From Candidatus Liptonbacteria bacterium (GTDB lineage Bacteria > Patescibacteriota > Minisyncoccia > UBA6257 > 2-01-FULL-56-20): a stretch of 64,000 nt of DNA. A model generated the notes under the pieces. It did no database searches. It worked only from the letters and a program-made list of their open reading frames with translations, and was not told the origin of the DNA. Position numbers and translations under genes: made by a program. Where the stretch lies: contig JAHFLL010000001.1 of assembly GCA_023244895.1 (NCBI GenBank), forward strand, positions 681,802 through 745,801, in the 5' to 3' direction. Shown one piece after another: positions 26,923-35,941 of this stretch (its first letter is position 1; the number at the start of each line of letters is the position of its first letter).

Positions 26923-27747
26923 TTAATTTCTAAGCCAACCCTTAAGATTAATAACCTCCACCACCCTCCCTAAAACATCCGATTCCTTGATCGGACCAAA
27001 TTCCCGGGAATCATAAGATGAGTCCATATTGTCGCCCATCATAAAATATTCTTTGTCCTTTAGGTTGACTACGAGCCCTTCCGGGTAGGTGCCATGATAG
27101 AATCTGTTCTTTACGGCTTGACCATTCACGAGCATCTCCCCATCCTTAATCTCCAGGGTTTCGTTCGGTAGCGCCACTACTCTTTTAGCCAGGCGCGTGC
27201 CCGGACTTTCTTCTATGGAAAATATTAATACGTCTTCCCTCTCTATCTTCCCGCCCGCCCGACTGGTTAAGAGATAATCTCCAGACAGATAGGCAGGTTG
27301 CATGGAGTTGCCGCTCATTAGATAGGGCTCGTAGGGATATAGTTTTTTTGCTATAAACGCAGTGGGAACGGATATCAAATTCCCGATTATTATAAATGTC
27401 ATAAAAATCAGGAAACTTTTCCCGAAACTGATGGGGCTGACCCTATTAATAAAAAAGTGGACCGTATAAGTGGCCAGGATCAGACCTATTACCAGTATTC
27501 CCAAATAGGTTACTACCACAAGACCCATGTTTACCCGCGAATCTCCCGAAATGTCGAACCCGCCAGAAAGGCTTATTAAAACCAAAAGTACCGTTGATAG
27601 AATGAGCAGTAAAAATACCGTGCCGAGCGACCTCTTCCAGGAAACATCCTCTATCCCAAATAATCGCACCACAAAATAAAAGACGGCCACTTCTATGATT
27701 AGGAGGCCCCCGGCGGTCAAAAACATATAGAACATCTGCGCGAGCAC
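26923..27747 (-). CDS. lepB: Signal peptidase I
   Basis: Motifs GNSMQPAY (Ser box), AKRVVALPNE and GDNMDSSYDSREFG (GDNR-x-x-S-x-DSR); N-terminal TM helices. Confidence 0.85.
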   Translation of the reverse strand: MLAQMFYMFLTAGGLLIIEVAVFYFVVRLFGIEDVSWKRSLGTVFLLLILSTVLLVLISLSGGFDISGDSRVNMGLVVVTYLGILVIGLILATYTVHFFINRVSPISFGKSFLIFMTFIIIGNLISVPTAFIAKKLYPYEPYLMSGNSMQPAYLSGDYLLTSRAGGKIEREDVLIFSIEESPGTRLAKRVVALPNETLEIKDGEMLVNGQAVKNRFYHGTYPEGLVVNLKDKEYFMMGDNMDSSYDSREFGPIKESDVLGRVVEVINLKGWLRN

Positions 27748-27835
27748 GGCACCATACTATTCCCAAAGTGAAATAAATTCAATCCTCGCGCGGCATATAT
27801 GCTGATAAGGCTGCCTTCTTCCGATTTTACGGAAA

Positions 27836-28840
27836 TTGTGGCATATTAAATATATGGAACAAACAAATAATATAGAGTCTAAAAAAGCGGGGCCGAAAGA
27901 CGTGTTGTCTCATCTTTTCGGTATAGTGCTCCTATATATAAGCACTATCAGCTTCGGTACTTTAGCCTTTCAAATAATAAACATAATCTTCCCGGACCAA
28001 ATAAACTACCTTTCCGCTCAGGGCCTACGAGAAGCGGTCCGCTGGCCAGTCGCGATTCTGACACTCGCCTTCCCGGCCTACCTCATAATAATGTCCTGGC
28101 TCCAGCGCGACCTGATGCGCAATCCCGAAAAGCGCGAAATCAGAACCCGCAAGTGGCTGATTTACATCACTCTCTTTATCACCGCACTCGTAATCTTGGT
28201 TGATCTAATCACGCTTATTTATCGCTTCTTAGGTGGAGAACTACCCACGCCCTTCCTACTCAAGGTTCTGACTGTTCTGGTTCTCGCCATACTAGTTTTC
28301 TTCTACCACCTCTGGATATTGAAAAACGACAGGCCCGCGCTCAAAGATCCTAAAATGAAGTGGTTCGTCTACGCGGTTATCGTCTTAGGGTTGGGACTCA
28401 TAGTCTCCGGCTACTACTTCGCGGGCGCGCCCAAGACGGAGCGAATGCGCAAACTGGACGAGCAAAGAGTAAGTGACCTGCAATCTCTGCAATACAGCAT
28501 TCAGTATTACTGGCAGGCCAAACAAAAGTTGCCGACCGCGCTTATAGACCTGAAAGATGATATGAGAGGCACGGTTGTTCCGAGCGACCCGGAAACTAAA
28601 ATGGCATATGAATATCAGGCGACTGGCACGAAAGATTTCAAGCTGTGCGCCACCTTCAAGGCCTCCAATGAGGAGGATGTAGCTTCCTGCCAAGTTAGAG
28701 CCTACTGCCCGGAAACGTATAGCCCCATCTGGGCGCACCCCGCAGAGAAAACCTGCTTTACTCGCACGATTGACCCCGACCTCTATCCTCCACTCAAAGA
28801 TGGATCTACTGTACCCACTAAGCCAATACCGGCACCCTAG
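27836..28840 (+). CDS. Hypothetical membrane protein: four to five N-terminal TM helices and a Cys-containing C-terminal extracytoplasmic domain
   Basis: 334-aa ORF; hydrophobic N-terminal half; no recognised motifs. Confidence 0.6.
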   Translation: MWHIKYMEQTNNIESKKAGPKDVLSHLFGIVLLYISTISFGTLAFQIINIIFPDQINYLSAQGLREAVRWPVAILTLAFPAYLIIMSWLQRDLMRNPEKREIRTRKWLIYITLFITALVILVDLITLIYRFLGGELPTPFLLKVLTVLVLAILVFFYHLWILKNDRPALKDPKMKWFVYAVIVLGLGLIVSGYYFAGAPKTERMRKLDEQRVSDLQSLQYSIQYYWQAKQKLPTALIDLKDDMRGTVVPSDPETKMAYEYQATGTKDFKLCATFKASNEEDVASCQVRAYCPETYSPIWAHPAEKTCFTRTIDPDLYPPLKDGSTVPTKPIPAP

Positions 28841-28852
28841 CCCTCTAATCAA

Positions 28853-28877
28853 AAACGCCCCCACCGGGGCGTTTTTG
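28853..28877. terminator. Bidirectional terminator between convergent genes
   Basis: aaaaacgcccccaccggggcgtttttga. Confidence 0.8.
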
Positions 28878-28884
28878 ATTTAGA

Positions 28885-29496
28885 CTACTTTTTCGCTAGC
28901 GCCACGCCTTTATACATAAAAAGAAGCGGTCTGCGCTTTTGGGGAAAGGTTTCTAGCTCCGTGATTTTGAAACCCGCTTGCGAAATGAGCTGGTCCACTT
29001 CCCTATCTAGATGGCACCCGCCCGACACGTACCCGAAAATGGGCGTCAGCCACTTTTGCCACTTCGCCGTGAGGCGCCCGGGAGATTTTCCGTGCTCAAT
29101 AAAAATAAACTTCCCGCCCGGCTTAAGGACTCGGAAGATTTCTTTAAGCGCGAGCTCGGGGCGAGGAATACTGCACATGCTCCAGGTGGAGACAACGGTA
29201 TCGATCGTATTTTCCGAGAGAGGAATATTCTCCGCCGAAGCCTTGATGTACTCAACCGGAAAGGAGACTTCTTTAATCCTTGTCTCCGCGAGATTGTATA
29301 GCTCTAAGGACGGGTCAAGCGCGTAAAGCTTCAAGATGCCCCGATAGTGCGGAAGATTGAGACCGGAGCCGAAGCCAACCTCTAACACCCTGCCCACGGC
29401 CTGACTCACCACCCCCGGCCGGAGCTTCTCCGTCTCCTCTCTACGCATAGTGGAGTTAAGCAACCGAGGCAGAATGTATTTTTGATAGGGGTTCAT
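28885..29496 (-). CDS. Class I SAM-dependent methyltransferase (Methyltransf_11-like)
   Basis: Motif I VLEVGFGSGLN; post-I motif LKPGGKFIFIEHG; 203 aa. Confidence 0.8.
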   Translation of the reverse strand: MNPYQKYILPRLLNSTMRREETEKLRPGVVSQAVGRVLEVGFGSGLNLPHYRGILKLYALDPSLELYNLAETRIKEVSFPVEYIKASAENIPLSENTIDTVVSTWSMCSIPRPELALKEIFRVLKPGGKFIFIEHGKSPGRLTAKWQKWLTPIFGYVSGGCHLDREVDQLISQAGFKITELETFPQKRRPLLFMYKGVALAKK

Positions 29497-29618
29497 CTTC
29501 TATGATAAAAGTATACGAAAATTAAGAGCTTATTGTAGAGTTCGTCCGGAATGGTTTGAAGTACCTAAGCCGAAGTCAGGTAAAAGAAAGAATATGGTTT
29601 ATTATTCTGTGAAATAAA

Positions 29619-31145
29619 CTACAGATTTTTTACGGTTTGTATCAAGCCTGCAATTGAGTTTTTTAACTCAATATCCGTATAATTAAAACTCTGCATCGTT
29701 TTATTTTCAGGATGATGCGTTTTATTTCTTATGAATGTTGGCAAGGTAACATCTATTTCTCCCTGGGACACTCCTCCGTACTCGGGATTCCACTTTTTAG
29801 TGGCTGCTATTTTTGTTTGTAAATAATCCTTCTCAAACACGGTTTGCTTACCCCTGCTATCGGCATCTGATTGATCAGTGGCCTTACTGATGAAAAGTTC
29901 GTGCAAATAACCATATAGCTCATCGTGAAATTCTATCGTGGGCATATCGTAAGCAAAATAATTAATTTCTCCCCAAGATGGGCTCCAAGAAGGGAAAAGC
30001 CCCCATCCTTTAGATCTTGCATCCTCAATCTTGATCTTATTATTCACGTCTCTAGTAAATAGCAGGAGCGTGGCATTCTGGGAAATGGCGCCCTTAAACA
30101 AATAGGGTGAGTGGGTAGAAACAATTATTTGTTTACTTTTCGATTCTTCAAGTAATAACTCCAACAGCTTTTCTTGTGCTTTGGGGTGAAGATGTAGTTC
30201 TGGTTCGTCAATTAAATAAACAATGCTGCCTTTTGAAGCTCCTGCTATGTTTTTTAGTATCAAAAGAGTCAATATTATCTCTACGCCAGAACCTAAATCC
30301 CTGACATTAATTTGAGACAAGGTATTTTCATCTCGTAAAGCGAAAAAGGCCGCGGAGAAAGGATGTAGAATATTTAAAAGTTCAATTTTAATTTTCTCAA
30401 ATTCGTCTTTTCCAAAAAACTCTTTTAACTCTTTAGTGGTCTTTTGGCTAAAACTCTTATTTGCAATCGCATCAACATTTTTAAAATATTCCCCTGCAAT
30501 ATTCTGAGAAATCATATTTATATTCTCATCTGTTAAATTCTTAACAAATGTCCAATTCAGATCATCACAGATTTTTTCGAAAGTTGTTTTATAGTTTCCA
30601 GTAGTAATTTGTCTTGTCCTATTTTTATCGAAAAAGAATATATTCAGTTCGTCGCTATCGTTGATTCTCGATTTGGAAAATATTTTATCTCTCCCATCAA
30701 TCTCTTTCCCCTGCGAACCATCTCCTTTTATATAATTGGCTTCTGTAATAAAGGAGTTATTTATTTGAAAAGGACTAGATAACAAATTTCCTCTTTCCTT
30801 GGTATCCCTACTCTTGGCCTTAAAAGAAACGCCCTTTGCTTTAAAACTCCAATCCTTATAAAAATCAATTCCCGAACCACAACCGAACTCATCACTCTCA
30901 GCTTCGACAAGTATCTCTTTTTTGAAATCAAAGAAATCGTTAATGCTTAATTTATTTTCCGCGGAAAAACTATTAAGCGTGAGATAATTAACTGCTTCAA
31001 GGACAGTAGTTTTTCCATTTCCATTCTCTCCAATGAGAATATTTAGACCGCTTCCACGATTTCCATTTGGAACATTAAAACTAATCGGTTCATTTTCAAA
31101 ACATCTATAGTTTTGAATCTTTAATTTTTTTATGAATATGGCCAT
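29619..31145 (-). CDS. AAA_21/AAA_15-type ABC-like ATPase. It has an OLD/RecF-like N-terminal ATPase head and a C-terminal roughly 150-aa domain of unknown type. Candidate defence ATPase
   Basis: N-terminus IKKLKIQNYRCF; Walker A motif GENGNGKTT; Walker B / D-loop motif VYLIDEPELHLHP...STHSPYLF; gene sits in an AT-rich island. Confidence 0.75.
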   Translation of the reverse strand: MAIFIKKLKIQNYRCFENEPISFNVPNGNRGSGLNILIGENGNGKTTVLEAVNYLTLNSFSAENKLSINDFFDFKKEILVEAESDEFGCGSGIDFYKDWSFKAKGVSFKAKSRDTKERGNLLSSPFQINNSFITEANYIKGDGSQGKEIDGRDKIFSKSRINDSDELNIFFFDKNRTRQITTGNYKTTFEKICDDLNWTFVKNLTDENINMISQNIAGEYFKNVDAIANKSFSQKTTKELKEFFGKDEFEKIKIELLNILHPFSAAFFALRDENTLSQINVRDLGSGVEIILTLLILKNIAGASKGSIVYLIDEPELHLHPKAQEKLLELLLEESKSKQIIVSTHSPYLFKGAISQNATLLLFTRDVNNKIKIEDARSKGWGLFPSWSPSWGEINYFAYDMPTIEFHDELYGYLHELFISKATDQSDADSRGKQTVFEKDYLQTKIAATKKWNPEYGGVSQGEIDVTLPTFIRNKTHHPENKTMQSFNYTDIELKNSIAGLIQTVKNL

Positions 31146-31165
31146 GCATTTAAATAAATTGCAAG

Positions 31166-31663
31166 CTATTTAGCCATTTCGCATTTACCAGAAGATACTA
31201 TCGCTCCCGTTCCGAGTGTCGCGATATCAACAAATTCTCCTTTATCGCCTAAGGCATCTCCAGTGACAACCTTGAACATCATTGCTTGACCTTGCAATGG
31301 AGTAAATTGTGTAAATTCTCCAGAAATGTGTACCTCAACTGGATATGAATCACATCCTTTAGTATCACACCTAAAATAGGTTCCGCTCTCAGTTCCATAA
31401 TCTACGAAATAATAAGTTGCTGGAGTTGAAGCCGTACAACTACCCCCACCACAATCAAACCGACTTGTCGGAAAACAAGAAAGCTCGGCGATATCTGCCA
31501 TTGCGGAATGTTGTGAGGATTCTTCATATGCGATCCTCAATGACTCGGTGGGCGGGATGATTACAGTTGTCGTTTGAACCTTTTCTTTATTTCCAAAAGC
31601 AATATAGGAAAAAATACCCAATAGAATTACAAGCATGCCAATAATTAAATTTTTCTTTTCCAT
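31166..31663 (-). CDS. Small exported Cys-rich protein (165 aa; N-terminal TM or signal sequence, 8 Cys)
   Basis: N-terminus MEKKNLIIGMLVILLGIFSYIAFG; downstream domain with CFPTSRFDCGGGSC...CDTKGCDS...GKCE. Confidence 0.55.
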   Translation of the reverse strand: MEKKNLIIGMLVILLGIFSYIAFGNKEKVQTTTVIIPPTESLRIAYEESSQHSAMADIAELSCFPTSRFDCGGGSCTASTPATYYFVDYGTESGTYFRCDTKGCDSYPVEVHISGEFTQFTPLQGQAMMFKVVTGDALGDKGEFVDIATLGTGAIVSSGKCEMAK

Positions 31664-31907
31664 ATGTTTGAAAATGTCCTTATTTACTTGGGTTCGAACT
31701 TGGAAATCTGGCGGAGAGGAAGGACGCTAAGCTATTCGAACGCACTCCAGTTCCTATTGTAGCCCCGCCGGATTGTTTGGCAAATATGGGGTCATTAAGG
31801 ATTATAGCCCTCTTTCGCTTTTCTAGTTTATGTAGCAATAAATTGTATCCTTTGCGTGAACCTTTTTGAGACGAACTGACACGCCCGGACATAATTTTCT
31901 GCGACGA

Positions 31908-34900
31908 TTATTCTAATTTCAACATCTCCTTTATCTCTAGCACGCACCGCGCCAAATCGTTTTGGAGTTGGTACACCCAAAATCGTTTGACTCGCCATCC
32001 GTGCATGATGAGATGCTGGTCTCGCTTCAAATCCGACAGTAAGCGGCCTCCGTCAATGTCGCGATGCCACATCTCACCGTCAATCTCAATATCAATCGGG
32101 ATTTCCGAATCAAGGACGGCGAGATCAAGGCGATATTGATATAGCGGGTACTGCGAGACGGTTCTGATACCTTCCCGCGCGAGGGCGTCATACAAAACTT
32201 CCTCCCATGGTGACTCAAATTTTCCTCCACTCTTGTTTTTGTTTTCCGGCTCCAGCTCCTCGACATACTGCACGAACTCTGAAAGGTGCGAGATGCCGGA
32301 TTGGGCGCAAGCTACCCTGTCGCCGACAATGTGCAACTCCGCCCTTGCACGGGTAATCGCGACATTAAACAGGTTTACCGTGCTCCCTAAAAATCCTAGT
32401 GAGCGTTGTTGAATTTTACGCGACACAACCGGAGAGAAAATCATTATGTCGCGTTCGTCTCCTTGATATTTATGCGCGGTATCAACCGTAAAATCCAGCT
32501 TCCGCAACTCCGCCGCGTCTATTTTTTGTTCTACCAAATCTCTGATTTTATTCGCTTGCTCTCGAAACGGCGTAACGACGCCAAGTGATACAGAGTAGTC
32601 GTCGCCGTGGGCGGAAATCCTGCCGATGATTTCTCCAATCAATACAACAATCGCCTTCGCCTCTTCCAGATTGTATGCGCTTCCGGCAGATGGCCGGACA
32701 ACCTCACCGACGACATTGTGCCATGTGAGAGCGTCGGGGTGTCCCGCACCGCGCAATCTACGATAATCCGTCCAGACGCTCAACTTGCCACCATAAAATT
32801 TCTTATTGGAAAAACCGATAATTTCGGCGCGGCTGCGGTAGTGTTCGAGCAAGTGAATGAATTTTGCCCCGGTTCCCACAACGCTTCGTGCAAGCTCAAA
32901 GAGCGAGTTTATGCTGTAAAGAAAACGTTGGTCGTCGGTTGAGGTTAGACTAATCTGCCGTTGTAACTGTTGATCGTCCACCCGATGCAAAAGCGAGATG
33001 TGCGTAAGCTGATTTGGATCGCCAACAATAACGGCTCGTTTCGCGCGATAAAGTAGTGGAATCGCGGACGCGATGTCGCACTGGGAGGCTTCATCAATAA
33101 TCACAACATCAACGGCTCCTGCGCTCAACGGAAGCGCATGACGGACAGATAGATTTGTAACTGCCATCGCCGGAAACGCTTTTACTACGCTCTTAAACAT
33201 TCTCTTGCGCTCATTTCTCAGTTCCTCCGCGAGCTCACCTCCTGTTACGTCGCCCTCCAGTCGGCGCACGATACTCACATAATCCGCAATATCGCGTCGT
33301 TCCTTGGGGCCGAGCGATTTTAAGCGACGTTTCATTAGCGCATCAACATATCTAACGCTAATGTCTATCGCGCGTTCTTTACTTTTTGTGATTCGCTCCC
33401 GTAAAACCTCTACTCGCGCTTCATTCTCGTTCTCTCGCACAATTCCCAAAAGCTCCGATTGATTATCAATCCATTTTTTTAATGCACGGCAAATCGTCAA
33501 AAGCTCGCGACAGGCATGGATAGAATTAAGCGAGAGGGGGATATCTTCAATCGGCGCAAGCGCGAGTAAAGATTTTGCCGTTTCTAAAACTCGCTTTTCC
33601 AGCGTGGAACCAAAAAACGCGAGAATGCGCGAGATAAAACTAGGCCCTTCGTCAACTTCTTTTACCAAACGACTCAACGAAATAAGAGAGGCATAAAACT
33701 CCTGTTTCCCCTCGATTTTTTGGTACGAATCGAGATTGCGAGAAATTGACGAGGGCAATTCCGCTCTAACAGATTCAAGCGTGACATCAAGACGACTTAT
33801 TCGATTCCTGCGGGCAAGGATGCGGAACAGCGATTGCTGTGCCTCTTTTTCTTCTGAGCGCACTAATTCAAGTTCCTTTTTGTACTCGCTGATTTCTCGC
33901 TCTAATGACTGGTTGTTGTAGCTTGAGGCACGTTCAATCGCCGACAAGAGCGCTTCCGCAAATTCAATCTCGCGTTCTTTCTGTCCGTATTTCAGAATGA
34001 CCGGCTCGGACTGAAGCCTCAATAATCGTTCGATAACAACATCAACCGCTTTGTGATTTTTACTTCCGAACAAGACGCTTTCATTACGAAGTAGTGCGTT
34101 AGCAATAATATTGAGAACAATTTGCGACTTTCCGGTTCCGGGCGGGCCGGTAATGACGCTAACCGTGTTGTTAAAAGCACTTTTTACCGCGCCTCGCTGT
34201 TCGTCATTCAATCCGGTTATTTCCAGCAATCCTTCACCATTATCCTCTTTAACTTCTGCGTTTCTATCAAGAATTACGCGCCATACATCATTAGGAACGG
34301 TCGTGTCTCGTAATTCGCTCAATTCTTGTTCTAGCCCACCAGTATATTTTGAATCTGCGCTCCGAAAAATAACGCCGAGAGGGAAAACGCCGCTCTCTGC
34401 TTTTAGTTCCGTTGTCTTTCCGCCAAGAATATCTTTTGAGAACGGAACCTCTTGTGGTAGAAGTTCGGCGAACGCACCCAAAATAATTTTGAGGTTCTGC
34501 CCCCTGTTTTTTTCATCGTCCCACGACTCTAAAACTGCTTCGGCTATTTGCTTTCTTTCCTCAACGCTCGTTAATAAACTTTTGTCTGTAAGAAAAGCAG
34601 AGTTGATTCTCGGTCTATCCGATTGCAAAATGAAAGCGTATCCGGTTTCTGTTTGAATAAGATCTATTCCAAAAATTAGAATGGGTTGAATGATCTGACC
34701 CGACCATCCTCGCCGCGATTGTCCAATTTGTTTTATGTGGCAAGGAAAGCCGTAGAAATACGAAAGCGGACTGCGACTCCATCGGGGACCACTGATGAAC
34801 GCTTGGATTTTTTCATTCTGCCCCTCAAATTCTAGCTTTTCTTTGCCGGACGCAATCCATTCTTTTTTCATCGTAGGCACCTGTAAAAACTCCACCCCCT

Positions 34901-35096
34901 CTTTTGACGAGTAGAGCGTAATTTCTCCGGCGTTCTCAACAGAAATGCACGAACCGTAATACTTGAGAAGTTTTTGCCAGCGCAAAGATGTCGGGTCGGT
35001 ATGAACCACCGGAGCTTCGTTTTCCGTTTTTCGCGCGATTGTCGTTCGCCTATATCCGCTCCGACCTCTGTATTTGTTGCGATAGTAGATTGCCAT
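31908..35096 (-). CDS. Large SF1 (Upf1/DNA2-like, AAA_11+AAA_12) helicase. It has an uncharacterized N-terminal domain of about 300 aa and a C-terminal DUF559/Vsr-like PD-(D/E)xK nuclease domain
   Basis: Motif I GPPGTGKSQ; motif II VIIDEASQ; VGDPNQL; YRSRAEIIGFSN; motifs V/VI VDTAHKYQGDERDIMIF; C-terminal RLDLAVLDSEIPIDIEIDGEMWH (DUF559-like). Confidence 0.8.
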   Translation of the reverse strand: MAIYYRNKYRGRSGYRRTTIARKTENEAPVVHTDPTSLRWQKLLKYYGSCISVENAGEITLYSSKEGVEFLQVPTMKKEWIASGKEKLEFEGQNEKIQAFISGPRWSRSPLSYFYGFPCHIKQIGQSRRGWSGQIIQPILIFGIDLIQTETGYAFILQSDRPRINSAFLTDKSLLTSVEERKQIAEAVLESWDDEKNRGQNLKIILGAFAELLPQEVPFSKDILGGKTTELKAESGVFPLGVIFRSADSKYTGGLEQELSELRDTTVPNDVWRVILDRNAEVKEDNGEGLLEITGLNDEQRGAVKSAFNNTVSVITGPPGTGKSQIVLNIIANALLRNESVLFGSKNHKAVDVVIERLLRLQSEPVILKYGQKEREIEFAEALLSAIERASSYNNQSLEREISEYKKELELVRSEEKEAQQSLFRILARRNRISRLDVTLESVRAELPSSISRNLDSYQKIEGKQEFYASLISLSRLVKEVDEGPSFISRILAFFGSTLEKRVLETAKSLLALAPIEDIPLSLNSIHACRELLTICRALKKWIDNQSELLGIVRENENEARVEVLRERITKSKERAIDISVRYVDALMKRRLKSLGPKERRDIADYVSIVRRLEGDVTGGELAEELRNERKRMFKSVVKAFPAMAVTNLSVRHALPLSAGAVDVVIIDEASQCDIASAIPLLYRAKRAVIVGDPNQLTHISLLHRVDDQQLQRQISLTSTDDQRFLYSINSLFELARSVVGTGAKFIHLLEHYRSRAEIIGFSNKKFYGGKLSVWTDYRRLRGAGHPDALTWHNVVGEVVRPSAGSAYNLEEAKAIVVLIGEIIGRISAHGDDYSVSLGVVTPFREQANKIRDLVEQKIDAAELRKLDFTVDTAHKYQGDERDIMIFSPVVSRKIQQRSLGFLGSTVNLFNVAITRARAELHIVGDRVACAQSGISHLSEFVQYVEELEPENKNKSGGKFESPWEEVLYDALAREGIRTVSQYPLYQYRLDLAVLDSEIPIDIEIDGEMWHRDIDGGRLLSDLKRDQHLIMHGWRVKRFWVYQLQNDLARCVLEIKEMLKLE

Positions 35097-35121
35097 AATT
35101 ACGAGCGAAAGTTCCTATTAG

Positions 35122-35208
35122 CGGAGAGGGAGGGAGTCGAACCCTCGAAGCCGGTTAAGGCTTACGCGCTTTCCAAGCGCGCGCACTAGGCCACTATGCG
35201 ACCTCTCC
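35122..35208 (-). tRNA. tRNA-Ser (anticodon GGA), a type II tRNA with a long variable arm
   Basis: Minus-strand sequence GGAGAGGTCGCATAGTGGCCTAGTGCGCGCGCTTGGAAAGCGCGTAAGCCTTAACCGGCTTCGAGGGTTCGACTCCCTCCCTCTCCG: 7-bp acceptor stem, anticodon loop TTGGAAA, T-loop TTCGACT, discriminator G, no encoded CCA. Confidence 0.85.
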
Positions 35209-35229
35209 TTTAACTCGCCCATCTTAACC

Positions 35230-35811
35230 CTAAAGCCCGATATTTTCAATCCTGGAAATTATCTCCGCCTCCTCTTCGCACCAGGGAGAATACGTGCCGG
35301 GCTTATTCCTTATTTCCTCCAAAAACTCCTGCCAGGGCACAGAGCGCACCGCCTCCACCTCCTCCGGATTGATAATCGGCTCTTGGTCCGAGAACCCGAT
35401 AAATATCGGGCAGATTTCATTTTCCATTACCCCATCTTTGGTAAAGCAGTAGCGATAAGGCGCTACTTCCTTCACTTCTATGCCCGTAAGTCCCAGCTCG
35501 TCTTTTAGTCTCCTTTTGACCGCCTCCCCTCTATCTTCCCCGGGCGAGGGATGCCCGCAACAACTATTGGACCAGACTAAGGGCCAGGTTTTCTTTTTAG
35601 AACTTCTTTGCTGGAGCAATAATTCTTTCTTGGAGTTAAATAGAAAAAAGGAAAAGGCGCGATGAAGGGGCGTCTGCACCCCGTGCACTAATGCCTTAGG
35701 CATAGTGCCAATTTCCCTATCATCCTCATCCACCAGAACGACCGACTCTGCCATTGTGTCGTCTGCCAGGTCCCCATTTTTACCGGGTGACTCCATTGCG
35801 CGTTGTTCCAT
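35230..35811 (-). CDS. idi: Isopentenyl-diphosphate delta-isomerase, type 1 (Nudix family)
   Basis: HRAFSFFLFN and WSNSCCGHP motifs plus Nudix box GEDRGEAVKRRLKDELG. Confidence 0.8.
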   Translation of the reverse strand: MEQRAMESPGKNGDLADDTMAESVVLVDEDDREIGTMPKALVHGVQTPLHRAFSFFLFNSKKELLLQQRSSKKKTWPLVWSNSCCGHPSPGEDRGEAVKRRLKDELGLTGIEVKEVAPYRYCFTKDGVMENEICPIFIGFSDQEPIINPEEVEAVRSVPWQEFLEEIRNKPGTYSPWCEEEAEIISRIENIGL

Positions 35812-35923
35812 GTTTTAAATATAACTCTACTTATGACGGTTGCAAATTAAGTACCCCTGCTTCTAGGACGCGATATTCTCCACAAGGAGGCATGCTGCCA
35901 AATTGTGTATAATATAATTATCA

Positions 35924-35937
35924 AACAAAGGCCGAAC
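35924..35937. promoter_or_regulatory. 14-bp palindrome GAACAATATTGTTC overlapping the promoter and start region of the zinc-ribbon gene. Candidate operator. An extended -10 tgtgtataat lies upstream
   Basis: Direct reading: ...ttgtgtataatataattatcaaacaaaggccgaacaatattgttcagtt. Confidence 0.4.
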
Positions 35938-35941
35938 AATA

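Noticed and set aside
29497-29620. Expected direct repeat of the tRNA-Ser 3' end at the distal island border
   Set aside because: I looked for gcggagagg-like sequence here and found none. The island boundary at this end is therefore set only by the composition change and the gene content.
31680-31892. 70-aa ORF between the Cys-rich gene and the helicase gene
   Set aside because: It has low-complexity Ser-rich sequence and overlaps the tRNA-like remnant region. More likely non-coding.
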